Below are positions 13,901-22,080 of a stretch of DNA of 63,432 nucleotides, in pieces (the first letter of the stretch is position 1; each line of letters begins with the position of its first letter). Source of the DNA: an uncultured Acidobacteriota bacterium (GTDB lineage Bacteria > Acidobacteriota > Polarisedimenticolia > J045); the NCBI GenBank assembly GCA_963702425.1, contig CAVPCQ010000031.1, positions 1 to 63,432 of the forward strand, read 5' to 3'. Made by a program: the position numbers and the translations under genes. The notes below the pieces were generated by a model. The model did no database searches, was not told the DNA's origin, and saw only the letters and a program-made list of their open reading frames with translations.

Positions 13901-15169
13901 GGCGACGGGTACGCCGACCTGCTCGTCGGCGCCCCGTACTACGACGCCGGCGAGGACAACGAGGGGCGGGTCTTTCTTTACTACGGCTCCGTCGCTGGGC
14001 TTGCGGCCACGGCCGGGTGGACGACCGAGTCGGAGCAGAACGGCGGCCAGCTCGGCTTCGCCGTCTCGTCTGCCGGCGACGTCAACGGCGACGGTTTCGC
14101 GGACGTCGTCGCGGGCGGCAACCTCTTCGACGGCGGCTCGCCGAAGATCACCAGCTCGGGGATGGTCGTCGTCTGCTACGGTTCAGCGACCGGGCCGCGT
14201 CCCGCCGAGTGGGACTTCTTCACCTGGTCGGACCAGGCGAATGCGCGCCTCGGCCAGGCCGTGGCGGGCGGTGGTGACCTCAACGGCGACGGGTTCGGCG
14301 ACGTCGTCGCCGGCGCGCCGCTCTACGACGCCGGGCAGTCCGACGAGGGCCGGCTGTCGTTCTATCGCGGCGGCGGGTGGGGCAGCGACACGGCCCTCGT
14401 GCTGCGGCAGCGCCGCGCGAGCGACGCGGCACCGATCGCACCGCTCGGCGTTTCGGACAGCGCGAGCGGCTTTCGGCTGGCGCTCTCCGCGCGCTCACCG
14501 CTCGGGCCGACCCGCCTGGCGCTGGAGTGGGAGGTCAAGCCGCTCGGGACGGCGTTCAACGGCACCGGCCTGGGGCGCGGGGCGTGGGTGGAGTCGTGGG
14601 ACGACCCCTCGGGCCGCGCGGCGGTCAGCGAACTCGTCTCAGGGCTGACGGCCGCGACCCCCTATCACTGGCGCGTGAGACTGCGCTACCAGGCGGTCAC
14701 CTCGCCGCTCCAACCGCATGGCCGCTGGATCGCGCTGCCCTGGAAAGGGTGGGGGGAAGCGGACCTCAGGACCGCGACGGCGTCCGACGCCGACGGTGAC
14801 GGCCGCACGAGCGCCGTCGACTGCGACGACGGCAACGCGAGCGTGTGGAGCACGCCGGGAGAGGCGAGAGAGCTCCGTCTCGGTCCCGCGACGAGCGCGC
14901 TGGCGTGGAGCGCACCACTGGATCCGGGCGGGACGCTCTCCGCGCTGTCCTACGACACGATTCGCTCGAGCGTCGCGTCCAACTTCGGCGCGGGGGCGAC
15001 GTGCGTGGAGTCCGACGGAGGCGACACCGCGTCCGCCGACGCGGCCAAGCCGTCCGCTGGAGCCGGCTTCTTCTACCTCGTCCGGGCCCAGAACGCGTGC
15101 CCGTCGGGGATGGGACCGCTCGGGAACCGCAGCGACGGCACGCCGCGCAGCGCGCGGAGCTGTCCGTAG
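10985..15169 (+). CDS. Secreted FG-GAP/integrin-alpha repeat protein (14 repeats, probably two 7-bladed beta-propellers) with a Cys-containing C-terminal domain
   Basis: 14 counted GDxxGDG.xD...GAP Ca-binding repeats; N-terminal hydrophobic signal; DADGDG...DCDD motif; C-terminus FFYLVRAQNACPSGMGPLGNRSDGTPRSARSCP. Confidence 0.9.
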   Translation: MASGAVVLSVAFRWTRERAFARLAAVVALVAPAAFPGSVAHAPAGSLPGDDWWSRAAAAAASEEYAVTWQNDTALGDPGGAWQAPNRAQGFRTVFSARGILVVPRSGTASPWRWGLALAGHGRGARIDPVPAAVLRAHGNRIDLDRGPIVEWYLNDARGLEQGFTLAAPPPGDDRREELVLVLELEGTLSPSVAADGQAIEFRGAGGPPRLRYAALAAHDARGRLLPARMATTAATTATGDRPAILLLIDDRDAVYPLTIDPLATSPSWNAESNQASARFGAALATAGDVNGDGFSDVIVGAPLYDNGQADEGRVFVYHGSASGLSTVASWTAEGEQVGARFGAAVATAGDVNGDGYSDVIVGAPLIDNGQADEGRAVVYHGGVGGLALAPAWVAESNQVGAQFGFSVFTAADVNGDGFDDVVVGAPLFDDPEIDEGAAFVYHGSAAGLSLGFSALLERNQAGAQVGYAVAMGGDITGDGYGDLLVGAPYYDYNYTDEGSVWVYRGSASGLDIWSPRGFIGGQAGGHMGSAVAPAGDRDGDGFAEALYGAPQWDEPEIDEGMVGTINGDSTGGHWGAQEWFADQAGAELGTAVSTAGDVNGDGFPDFLLAAPKYDGGQTDEGKVILIYGSHPGIVQWSLEGDQANAHLGQAVALAGDVDGDGLSDILVGAPDHDNGQTDEGRALLYRGGTDALVDPVTTREADLGTAQFAAALAMVGDVDGDGYGDLLVGAPYYDGGQTDEGRALLYRGGPGGLEATASWTVESNQANARFGQAVGGAGDVNGDGFTDLVVGAPAYDNGQTDEGRAFVYHGSASGPAGSAAFTFECNQASAQCGHAVAGAGDVNGDGFADVIVGAPYYDGGQTDEGRAHVFHGSATGLAATAAWTVESNQATARYGWSVASAGDVNRDGFSDVAVAAPYYDNGQTDEGRAFVYHGSASGLATTANWTAEGNQVEVSPAPAFGYAVAGAGDVNGDGYADLLVGAPYYDAGEDNEGRVFLYYGSVAGLAATAGWTTESEQNGGQLGFAVSSAGDVNGDGFADVVAGGNLFDGGSPKITSSGMVVVCYGSATGPRPAEWDFFTWSDQANARLGQAVAGGGDLNGDGFGDVVAGAPLYDAGQSDEGRLSFYRGGGWGSDTALVLRQRRASDAAPIAPLGVSDSASGFRLALSARSPLGPTRLALEWEVKPLGTAFNGTGLGRGAWVESWDDPSGRAAVSELVSGLTAATPYHWRVRLRYQAVTSPLQPHGRWIALPWKGWGEADLRTATASDADGDGRTSAVDCDDGNASVWSTPGEARELRLGPATSALAWSAPLDPGGTLSALSYDTIRSSVASNFGAGATCVESDGGDTASADAAKPSAGAGFFYLVRAQNACPSGMGPLGNRSDGTPRSARSCP

Positions 15170-15206
15170 CGGGGCGTCGCGGATCGCGATCGGCGGCGAG
15201 GTCCGC

Positions 15207-15998
15207 TCAGCGCGGCGACGCGAGCGGCCCCCCCGCGCGCGTGAGACGCCGCCGCATCGTCCAGAGCCGGAGCCCCATCCGCAGCGGGTCGACGAACGGG
15301 ATCACCTTCGATCCGCCCGGGTCGCACCAGTCGATCGGCTGCTCGACCATGCGGGCGCCGCCGCGCGCGAGGATCGCCAGCACCTCGACGTCGAGCAGCC
15401 AGCGGTCCTCGGCCAGCAGCGGCAGGATCGGCCGGAGACAGCCGCCGCGGAAGAACTTGGCGCCGCACTGCGTGTCGTAGAACCCCAGGTGATAGAGCTG
15501 CTCGACGATCGTCGCGAACACGCGTCCCTGCAGGTGCCGGACCAGGCTGCGCTCGATCACCCGCCCGGCCATCCGGATGCGCGTCGCGGCCAGCACGTCG
15601 ACCGGGGGATCGTCGGCGAGCATCCGCGTCAGCCGCCAGACCTCGTCCGCGCTCACCGCGCCGTCGGCGTCGACGAACCCCAGCCAGCGCGCGCCGGGGT
15701 GCGCCAGCGACCAGCCGCGCCGCACCGCGGTCCCCTTGCCGGCGTTGCGGTCGGCTGCGACGAGCCGGATCCGGTGCGATGCGCCGGCCTCGGCCACGCG
15801 CCGCGCGGCCGCTTCGACCGCGGCGCGCTCGGCCTCGAGCTCCGCGGCCGGGCTCCCGTCGTCGACGACGATCAGCTCGATCGCGTGCGCGTGCTCCGCG
15901 AGCGCCAGCTCCGCCCAGCGCGCGACGAGCGCCGGAAGGCGACGGCTCTCGCGGTAGGCCGGGACGACGAGCGTGACGAGCGGAGCGGCGTCGTTCAT
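15207..15998 (-). CDS. GT2 glycosyltransferase, polyprenol-phosphate sugar synthase-like
   Basis: VVPAYRE, VVDDGS, NAGKGTAVRRG, FVDADG, DTQCGAKFF, WLLDVEVL; ATGA-coupled to the upstream TMTC-like gene. Confidence 0.88.
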   Translation of the reverse strand: MNDAAPLVTLVVPAYRESRRLPALVARWAELALAEHAHAIELIVVDDGSPAAELEAERAAVEAAARRVAEAGASHRIRLVAADRNAGKGTAVRRGWSLAHPGARWLGFVDADGAVSADEVWRLTRMLADDPPVDVLAATRIRMAGRVIERSLVRHLQGRVFATIVEQLYHLGFYDTQCGAKFFRGGCLRPILPLLAEDRWLLDVEVLAILARGGARMVEQPIDWCDPGGSKVIPFVDPLRMGLRLWTMRRRLTRAGGPLASPR

Positions 15999-17545
15999 CG
16001 GGACCGGCCTCCCTGCAATCGGCGCAGCTGTTCCGCCGCCGCCGCGTTGTCCGGCTGCATCGCGAGCGCGGCCTGCAGGGCGATGAGCGCGTCGTCCGTC
16101 CGTCCCATTTGCCGGTAGAGCGCGCCCAAGCTGGTCCACGCCACGGGGCTGGGCTGAATCCGCAGGGCCGACCGGTACGACTGCTCCGCCTCCGGCAGCC
16201 GGCCTTCCGACTGCAGCGCGACGGCGAGGTTGTAGTGCGCGACGGCGGCGCCCGGAGACTTCTGCGCGGCATCGGTCCAGAGTGTCCGGTCGCTGGCCCA
16301 GACGGCCTGCCGCGCCACGGTGCCCCAGGCGTACGCGGCGAAGAGCAGCGCGCTGGCCGCGACCAGCGCGGGCGCCAGCCGCGGTCGCGCCGCGACGACC
16401 CGGTGAGCGCCGAGCACCAGCAGCCACACGAAGCCGACCGAGGGCAAGTAGAGGTAACGCTCTGCGAACGGGTTGTCGCCCAGCGCGGGGATGTAGAGCA
16501 CCGGTAGCAGCGGGAGCAGCACCACGCTCCAGGCGAGGAGGCCGAAGCCGCTCGTCCGCCAGAGCAGAACTCCGAGCGCTGCGAAAGCCAGGACCGCGAC
16601 GCCGCCCGCGAGGACGCGGACGTCGCCGGCCGAGGTGACCGGGTCGAAAGCGTGGAAGACGGTCAGCCCGGCCGGGAGGAGCAGCTTCAACAGGTACTGT
16701 CCGAGCAGCGGGAAGACGTTCAGCAGGACCTCGAACGGGCCGAGTTCGGCGTGCCGCCGCACCGGGGCCAGCGCGCCGAGCGCGTTCACGCGCAGCGCGA
16801 AGTAGACCAGGAACGCGACCGCGAAGGGGATGGCGGTGAGAGCCTCCCGGCGGAGCCCGCGCCGGCGCCAGGCCCCGAAGGCGAGGTCGTGGGCCAGCAG
16901 GATCCCCGGGAAGACGAGCGCTACCTCCTTGCTGAGCAGCGCCAGCAGGAAGCACGCCGCCGAGCCGAGCAGACCCAGCCGCGCCCGGAGCGAGCCGTCA
17001 TCCGGGCGCGTCGAGTAGAGGTGCAGCGCGGCGAGCACGAACAGCGCGACCAGCAGGTCCGGGACCCCGCCGATCCAGTACACGACCTCGGTGTGGATCG
17101 GGTCGACCGCGAAGAGCAGCGCGGCACCGGCCGCGAGCAGCGCGGGCGTCCGCCCCGGGAGCCCCGTGCGGCGCAGCAGGCCGCGGGTGCAGACGAACAG
17201 CACGAGGCAGACGGCGGCGTGGAGCAGGACGTTGACCGCGTGGAACCCCGCGGGGTCCAGGCCGAACAGCGCGTAGGTCGCGGTGTAGACCACGTGCATC
17301 ATCGGCCGGTAGTAGTTGCTCGTCGTCCCGGCGTAGTCCCAGGCGCCGGTGGTGAAGACGGTCGGGAGCTGGCCGGCGTCGCGGATCCACGGGTTGCGCA
17401 CGACCTGCGGGATGTCGTCGTAGACGAAGCCGTTGCGGAGCGAGCCGGCGGAGGCGAGAATCGCGACGACGGCGACGGCGAGCGGGAGGAGCCAGCGATG
17501 CGCGAGACGGTCCGCGGGGGCGCGATCGTGGAGCTCCGCCGTCAT
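15995..17545 (-). CDS. TMTC-like (DUF1736, GT-C fold) membrane glycosyltransferase with C-terminal TPRs
   Basis: FVYDD...VVRNP, YYRP, FHAVNVLLH, LFAVDPIHTEVV, LLSKE, FAERYLYLP, W.SDRTLW, then TPRs. Confidence 0.85.
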   Translation of the reverse strand: MTAELHDRAPADRLAHRWLLPLAVAVVAILASAGSLRNGFVYDDIPQVVRNPWIRDAGQLPTVFTTGAWDYAGTTSNYYRPMMHVVYTATYALFGLDPAGFHAVNVLLHAAVCLVLFVCTRGLLRRTGLPGRTPALLAAGAALLFAVDPIHTEVVYWIGGVPDLLVALFVLAALHLYSTRPDDGSLRARLGLLGSAACFLLALLSKEVALVFPGILLAHDLAFGAWRRRGLRREALTAIPFAVAFLVYFALRVNALGALAPVRRHAELGPFEVLLNVFPLLGQYLLKLLLPAGLTVFHAFDPVTSAGDVRVLAGGVAVLAFAALGVLLWRTSGFGLLAWSVVLLPLLPVLYIPALGDNPFAERYLYLPSVGFVWLLVLGAHRVVAARPRLAPALVAASALLFAAYAWGTVARQAVWASDRTLWTDAAQKSPGAAVAHYNLAVALQSEGRLPEAEQSYRSALRIQPSPVAWTSLGALYRQMGRTDDALIALQAALAMQPDNAAAAEQLRRLQGGRSR

Positions 17546-17709
17546 CCGGCGGGGGGGAGGGTGGGGGTGTGGTGTGGGTGGGAGTGATGGGACAGGGGAA
17601 TGATGGGTCACGGGGAGCCACGGTCGGATCGATCGGCCTGACTGGGTCATCCGCCTCGCGGGAGATCCCCGAATGGCTGATCGCAGGCGTACCCCGTATA
17701 CTTCACTTC

Positions 17710-18001
17710 ATGCGCCGCGACGAGGCCATTTCGACCCTGCGCAGCCATCTGCCGACGATGTGGCGCGACTATTGCGTTGGCAGGCTCGCGCTGTTGGGGT
17801 GCACGGCGCGCGACGAGGCTCAGGACGACAGCGACATCGACATGCTGGTGGACTTCGAGATGGGCCCGACATTCGACTCCTTCATGGGTCTCAAGCTCTT
17901 CCTGGAGGATCATCTCGGTGGAGGGTGGACCTCGTACAGAGGACGCGCTGAAGGGGCGCATGCGCGCTGTGGTGGAGGGTGAGGGGGTGGATGTAGCCTA
18001 G
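17710..18001 (+). pseudogene. Minimal nucleotidyltransferase (MntA-like antitoxin), frameshifted/degenerate
   Basis: LALLGCTARDEAQDDSDIDMLVDF (normally FGS...DSDxD); C-terminus VDLV.EDALK.RMR..VE.E.VDVA in a shifted frame. Confidence 0.75.
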
Positions 18002-18290
18002 TGCGAGGGACTGGCGACTGTATGTGGATGACATGCTTGACGTGTGCAACAAGATGGGGCGCTAAGTGAGGGCATGAGCTACGAGACGTTGCCGCCGAAG
18101 AGCGCACGGTAGACGCAGTCATCCGGAACCTCGAGATCATAGGTGAGGCCGCCAAAAAGCTGCCCGACGAGGTGGTCGACGCGGCTCCTGAGGTGGAGTG
18201 GCGCAAGATAGAGGAATGCGCGACGTACTCGCGCACCTACTTCGGCCTCGACACCAGGCTAGTGTGAGCAAGGAGTAGAAGAAGCTGGAA
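17990..18290 (+). pseudogene. HEPN/DUF86 RNase toxin (HepT-like), degenerate
   Basis: Fragments RDWRLYVDDML, DAVIRNLEIIGEAAKKLP, EVEWRKI, MRDVLAH (RxxxxH), YFGLD spread over several frames; end approximate. Confidence 0.75.
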
Positions 18291-18384
18291 GAGATTGAGA
18301 GAGAGGTGAGGAGGATAATGAAATGAGAGAGGTGAGTTGGGTGAATTTAGAGGAATGTGGGGAAGGAAGGTGGGGTAGGTGGTC

Positions 18385-19515
18385 CTACCCCCGCCCGACC
18401 CGCGCCCGGTGCAGCAGGAACAGGAAGAACGGCACCCCCATCAGCGTCGTGACGATCCCGACCGGCAGGTCGACCGTCACCGACACGACCCGCCCCAGCA
18501 GGTCCGCCAGCACCAGGAACGCCGCCCCCGCGAGCATTGACGCCGGGAGCAGGGCGCGTGCCGAGGGCCCGGTCCAGGCGCGCACCATGTGCGGCACCAT
18601 CAGCCCCACGAACGCGACGGGCCCCGTGACGCTCACCGCGCCGCCGGCCGCCAGCGCCACCGCGGCGAAGACCGCGGCGCGGGCGCGCAGCAGGTCGACG
18701 CCGATCGACAGCGCGTGCTCCTCGCCCAGCGCCAGCGCGTCGACCACCCGTCGCAGCAGGAACAGCCCGGCGATCCCGGCCGCGACCGGGAGGACCGCCA
18801 GCCGCACGTCGCGCCAGGTCCGCCCCTCGGCCGATCCCAGCAGCCAGCCGAAGATCTCGTGCACCCGGTGCTGCGCGGTGGCGAGGATCAGCACGGAAAC
18901 CAGCGCCGCGGCGAGGCTGCCGACGGCGACGCCGGTGAGCAGCAGCGCGCCGGTCGTCGGCCGGCCCGCGGCATAGGCGATCACGTAGACCGCGACGACC
19001 GCGACCAGCGCCCCCGCGAACGCCGCCAGCGGCACGCTGAAGAGCCAGCGATCGGCCAGCCCGCTGGTGTACGCGAGCACCGCGCCGAGCGACGCGCCGC
19101 CCGAGACGCCGACCAGGCTGGGGTCGACGAGACCGTTCTGCAGCGAGGCCTGCAGCGCCGCGCCGGCCACGGCGAGCGCCGCGCCGGCGAGGGCCATGAT
19201 CAGCACGCGCGGCAACCGGAAGACCCAGACCAGCGGCTCGACCAGCGCGGGGTCGGCGTGCCGCGGCGCGAGGCCGACCAGTGCGCGCAGCGCGTCGAGC
19301 GGCCCGACCCCCGCCGCGCCGCCGAACGCGACGCCGGCCAGCAGCGCGAGCGCGAGCAGGCCGACGAGCGCCAGCCAGCGCCACACCAGGCGGGCCGCAG
19401 GAGGCGCCGCCCGCGCGCCGATCGCTCCGCCGCCGACCGGTCGCGCGGCCCCGCCGCCACCGCCGACCGGCTCCGCCGCCCCACCGCCGGGTCCCGCCAC
19501 CCCGCCGCCCCTCAC
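18385..19515 (-). CDS. btuC: FecCD/BtuC-family ABC permease (probably cobalamin)
   Basis: RLPRVL, LQNGLVDPSLVGVSGGA, VTGPVAFVGLMVPHMVR, LPVGIVTTLMGVPFF; context with PduO. Confidence 0.85.
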   Translation of the reverse strand: MRGGGVAGPGGGAAEPVGGGGGAARPVGGGAIGARAAPPAARLVWRWLALVGLLALALLAGVAFGGAAGVGPLDALRALVGLAPRHADPALVEPLVWVFRLPRVLIMALAGAALAVAGAALQASLQNGLVDPSLVGVSGGASLGAVLAYTSGLADRWLFSVPLAAFAGALVAVVAVYVIAYAAGRPTTGALLLTGVAVGSLAAALVSVLILATAQHRVHEIFGWLLGSAEGRTWRDVRLAVLPVAAGIAGLFLLRRVVDALALGEEHALSIGVDLLRARAAVFAAVALAAGGAVSVTGPVAFVGLMVPHMVRAWTGPSARALLPASMLAGAAFLVLADLLGRVVSVTVDLPVGIVTTLMGVPFFLFLLHRARVGRG

Positions 19516-20378
19516 CGGAACGCCTCCGGGTGGAGCTGCCGCGCCAGCTGCTCCGCCCCGTCGACGAGGTACGGCGTCACGGTCGTCAGCAGCTTCGGCG
19601 GCAGCAGGATCACGCGCCCGCTCTTCGCCGCCCGCGTCGCCTCGAGCAACGGGTAGGCGCGCAGCACGGCCGCTGCGTCGGTGTCGAGTCCCTGGCCGAG
19701 CAGCAGCACGTCGGGATCGAGGGCCAGGATCTGCTCGGTCGCCAGCTTGCGGTGCCCTTCGACCCCGGCCGCGGCCGCGGCGTTGATGCCGCCCGCCCGG
19801 CGGATCAGCGCGTCGACGGTCGTCCCCGACCCGGCGACGACCAGGTGCGAGAGCGACAGCACGCGCGGCCGCTTCGCTTCGGGCACCGCGGCCAGCGCGC
19901 GATCGAGCGCGGCGAGCCGCGCGTCCATCGCCGCCGCCTGCTCCCGCGCCTTCGCCTCGGCCTCCGGCCCCAGCACGTGCCCGAGCGCCACGAGCGCGCG
20001 CTCGATCCCGGCGAAGTCCTCGGCCGGCTCGATCGTCACCGACGGCACCCCCAGCGCGGCCAGCCCCGCGAGGAACGCGCGGTCGTTCCAGGGCGCGGCG
20101 ACGATCAGGTCGGGACGCGTCGCGATCACCGGCTCCGTCCGTGCGACGAGCCGCGGGATCGTCGCCGGATAGCGCCCCGCCACGTTGCTCACCTCGGGGT
20201 CGTCGGCGAACGACGAGACGCAGACGACGCGCGCGGGCGGCACGAGCAGGAACAGCATCTCGTCGCCGGCGAGGCTGACCGAGCAGACGCGTTGCGGAGC
20301 GGGAGTGACGGGGGGCGCCGCAGTGGGGGCCACGGCCAGCGCCAGCGCGGCGGCGAGCAGCGCGGCCAGCCCGGACAT
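19512..20378 (-). CDS. btuF: Class III (helical-backbone) periplasmic binding protein, BtuF-like
   Basis: Signal peptide; PQRVCSVSLAGDEML, EPVIATRPDLIV, EQILALDPDVLL. Confidence 0.8.
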   Translation of the reverse strand: MSGLAALLAAALALAVAPTAAPPVTPAPQRVCSVSLAGDEMLFLLVPPARVVCVSSFADDPEVSNVAGRYPATIPRLVARTEPVIATRPDLIVAAPWNDRAFLAGLAALGVPSVTIEPAEDFAGIERALVALGHVLGPEAEAKAREQAAAMDARLAALDRALAAVPEAKRPRVLSLSHLVVAGSGTTVDALIRRAGGINAAAAAGVEGHRKLATEQILALDPDVLLLGQGLDTDAAAVLRAYPLLEATRAAKSGRVILLPPKLLTTVTPYLVDGAEQLARQLHPEAFR

Positions 20379-20380
20379 CG

Positions 20381-20944
20381 TCAGACCCGCGTGTCCCAGA
20401 GCACGTCGCCGATCCCGCGAACCTTGTTCTCGTACCGCGCGAGGATGAAGAGCAGGTCCGACAGGCGATTGAGGTAGTGGAGCAGGGCCAGCGGCACCTC
20501 GGCCGCGTGCGCCAGCGACACGGTGCGTCGCTCGGCGCGGCGGCAGATCGTGCGCGCCAGGTGGAGCTGGGCGGCGCCGGACGTTCCGCCGGGAAGGATG
20601 AAGTTGGCCAGCGGCCCGAGCGTCTCGTTGAAGCGGTCGCACTCGGACTCGAGCTGCTCGACGTGCCGGTCCTGGATCAGCGGCTGGGGGGGCCGCCGGC
20701 CGCCGGTGCCGATCAGGCACAGCTCGCCGCCGGCGTTCAGCAGCTCGCTCTGGATCCGCGTCAGCGTCTTCGCGACCTCCGCGTCGAGTCCGGCGGCCAG
20801 TGCGACCCCCAGCGCGGAGTTCAGCTCGTCGACGGTGCCGTAGGCCTCGACCTGGGCGTCGTCCTTGGAGACCCGCTTGCCGTCGGCGAGGCCGGTCGTG
20901 CCATCGTCGCCGGTCCGGGTGTAGATCTTGGTCAGGCGGGCCAT
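20381..20944 (-). CDS. pduO: ATP:cob(I)alamin adenosyltransferase, PduO-type
   Basis: KIYTRTGDDGTTGL, EAYGTVDELNS, FILPGG, ARTICRRAER, YLNRLSDLLF. Confidence 0.95.
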   Translation of the reverse strand: MARLTKIYTRTGDDGTTGLADGKRVSKDDAQVEAYGTVDELNSALGVALAAGLDAEVAKTLTRIQSELLNAGGELCLIGTGGRRPPQPLIQDRHVEQLESECDRFNETLGPLANFILPGGTSGAAQLHLARTICRRAERRTVSLAHAAEVPLALLHYLNRLSDLLFILARYENKVRGIGDVLWDTRV

Positions 20945-21056
20945 CGGTCCTCCGGGCGCGCATTGTAGCGGGGGGCGGGGGGGGTGCCATGGCCCCCGGG
21001 GGATCGCGTCAACCCCCGGCCCGGCGGGCCGTCTTAGGGGAAAGGAGCCAGGATCC

Positions 21057-21626
21057 GTGCCGTGCGAGCGAGACCTGCCGGACGAAGAGCTCGTAGCGCG
21101 CGCCCGGCGCGGCGACCGCGAGGCCTTCGCCGGGCTGGTCGCCCGCTACCAGCGGCCGCTCACCGGCCGGGCCCTTTCCAGCACGAGGCGGATCGAGGAT
21201 GCCGACGACGCGGTCCAGGAGACGTTCTTCCGGGCGTGGCAGGGTCTGCCCCGCTTCCGAGAGGATGCGCGCTTCGGCCCCTGGCTGTTCCGGATCCTCG
21301 ACAACCACCTGGCCGACCGCGGCCGCCGTCGCGGCCGCGAGGTCCCGGGTGCGGAGATCCTCGCCGAGACCATTGCCGACGGCGCGCCCCTGGCCGACGA
21401 ACGGATGCTCTCGGACGAGCTGGCGTCGGCGGTGCGGAGCGCGGTCGAACGGCTGCCGCCCGGCCGCCAGCGCGAGGTCTTCCAGCTGCGTTACGAGGAG
21501 GGGCTGCCGGTGAACGAGATCGCCCAGCGGCTCGGCCTGCACAGCGGGACCGTCAAGGTGCACCTGTTCCGAGGAGCGCGGGAGCTGCGCCGGCTCCTCG
21601 GCGGTGCGATGGAGAGCACGCGATGA
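21057..21626 (+). CDS. ECF sigma factor (canonical DADD type)
   Basis: DEELVARARRGDREAFAGLV, DADDAVQETF, FGPWLFRI, EIAQRLGLHSGTVKVHLFR; AAGGAG RBS before GTG. Confidence 0.92.
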   Translation: MPCERDLPDEELVARARRGDREAFAGLVARYQRPLTGRALSSTRRIEDADDAVQETFFRAWQGLPRFREDARFGPWLFRILDNHLADRGRRRGREVPGAEILAETIADGAPLADERMLSDELASAVRSAVERLPPGRQREVFQLRYEEGLPVNEIAQRLGLHSGTVKVHLFRGARELRRLLGGAMESTR

Positions 21627-22036
21627 GCACGGAACGACGCGACGCGCACGCCGGCGACTTCGGCGCGCCCGGCGATGGCGCCCCCCAGATCGCCGACTTC
21701 GAAATGGAGCGCTTCTTCGTGCGCCAGCGGCGCGAGATCATGGCGCGGATCGACGCCCACGAGGCGCGGCGCCGCGCGCGCCGCTGGCTGGCCGCAGCCT
21801 CCGCCGCGGCGGCGGGGATCGCGGTGGCGGTGCTGGGTGTCGCTGGGCTGTCGGGGCCGGACGCACCCGTGGTCGGCACCGCGTGGCTCGACCTGCCGGT
21901 GTTCGCCGAGCCCGCGAACGACGTGGCCGACCCCCTCGACGCGTTCGGAGCCTGGCCGGCCGACGAGTCGGCGGCGGGCAGCACCGAGGAGAGCGAGAGC
22001 CTCGGCATCCTGGAATGGGACGAGCCGCTCTCGTGA
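21623..22036 (+). CDS. Putative single-pass anti-sigma factor
   Basis: ATGA-coupled to the sigma gene; basic stretch then one TM helix; acidic C-terminus. Confidence 0.6.
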   Translation: MSTERRDAHAGDFGAPGDGAPQIADFEMERFFVRQRREIMARIDAHEARRRARRWLAAASAAAAGIAVAVLGVAGLSGPDAPVVGTAWLDLPVFAEPANDVADPLDAFGAWPADESAAGSTEESESLGILEWDEPLS

Positions 22037-22080
22037 TGCGACGCGGGCGGCCGCAACGGAAGTCGAAGAGAGGACCGACG

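Noticed and set aside
11780-14370. Tandem DNA repeats of ~180 bp
   Set aside because: Fully explained by the FG-GAP protein repeats
20945-21056. Cobalamin riboswitch upstream of pduO
   Set aside because: Intergenic region too short and no B12-box recognised
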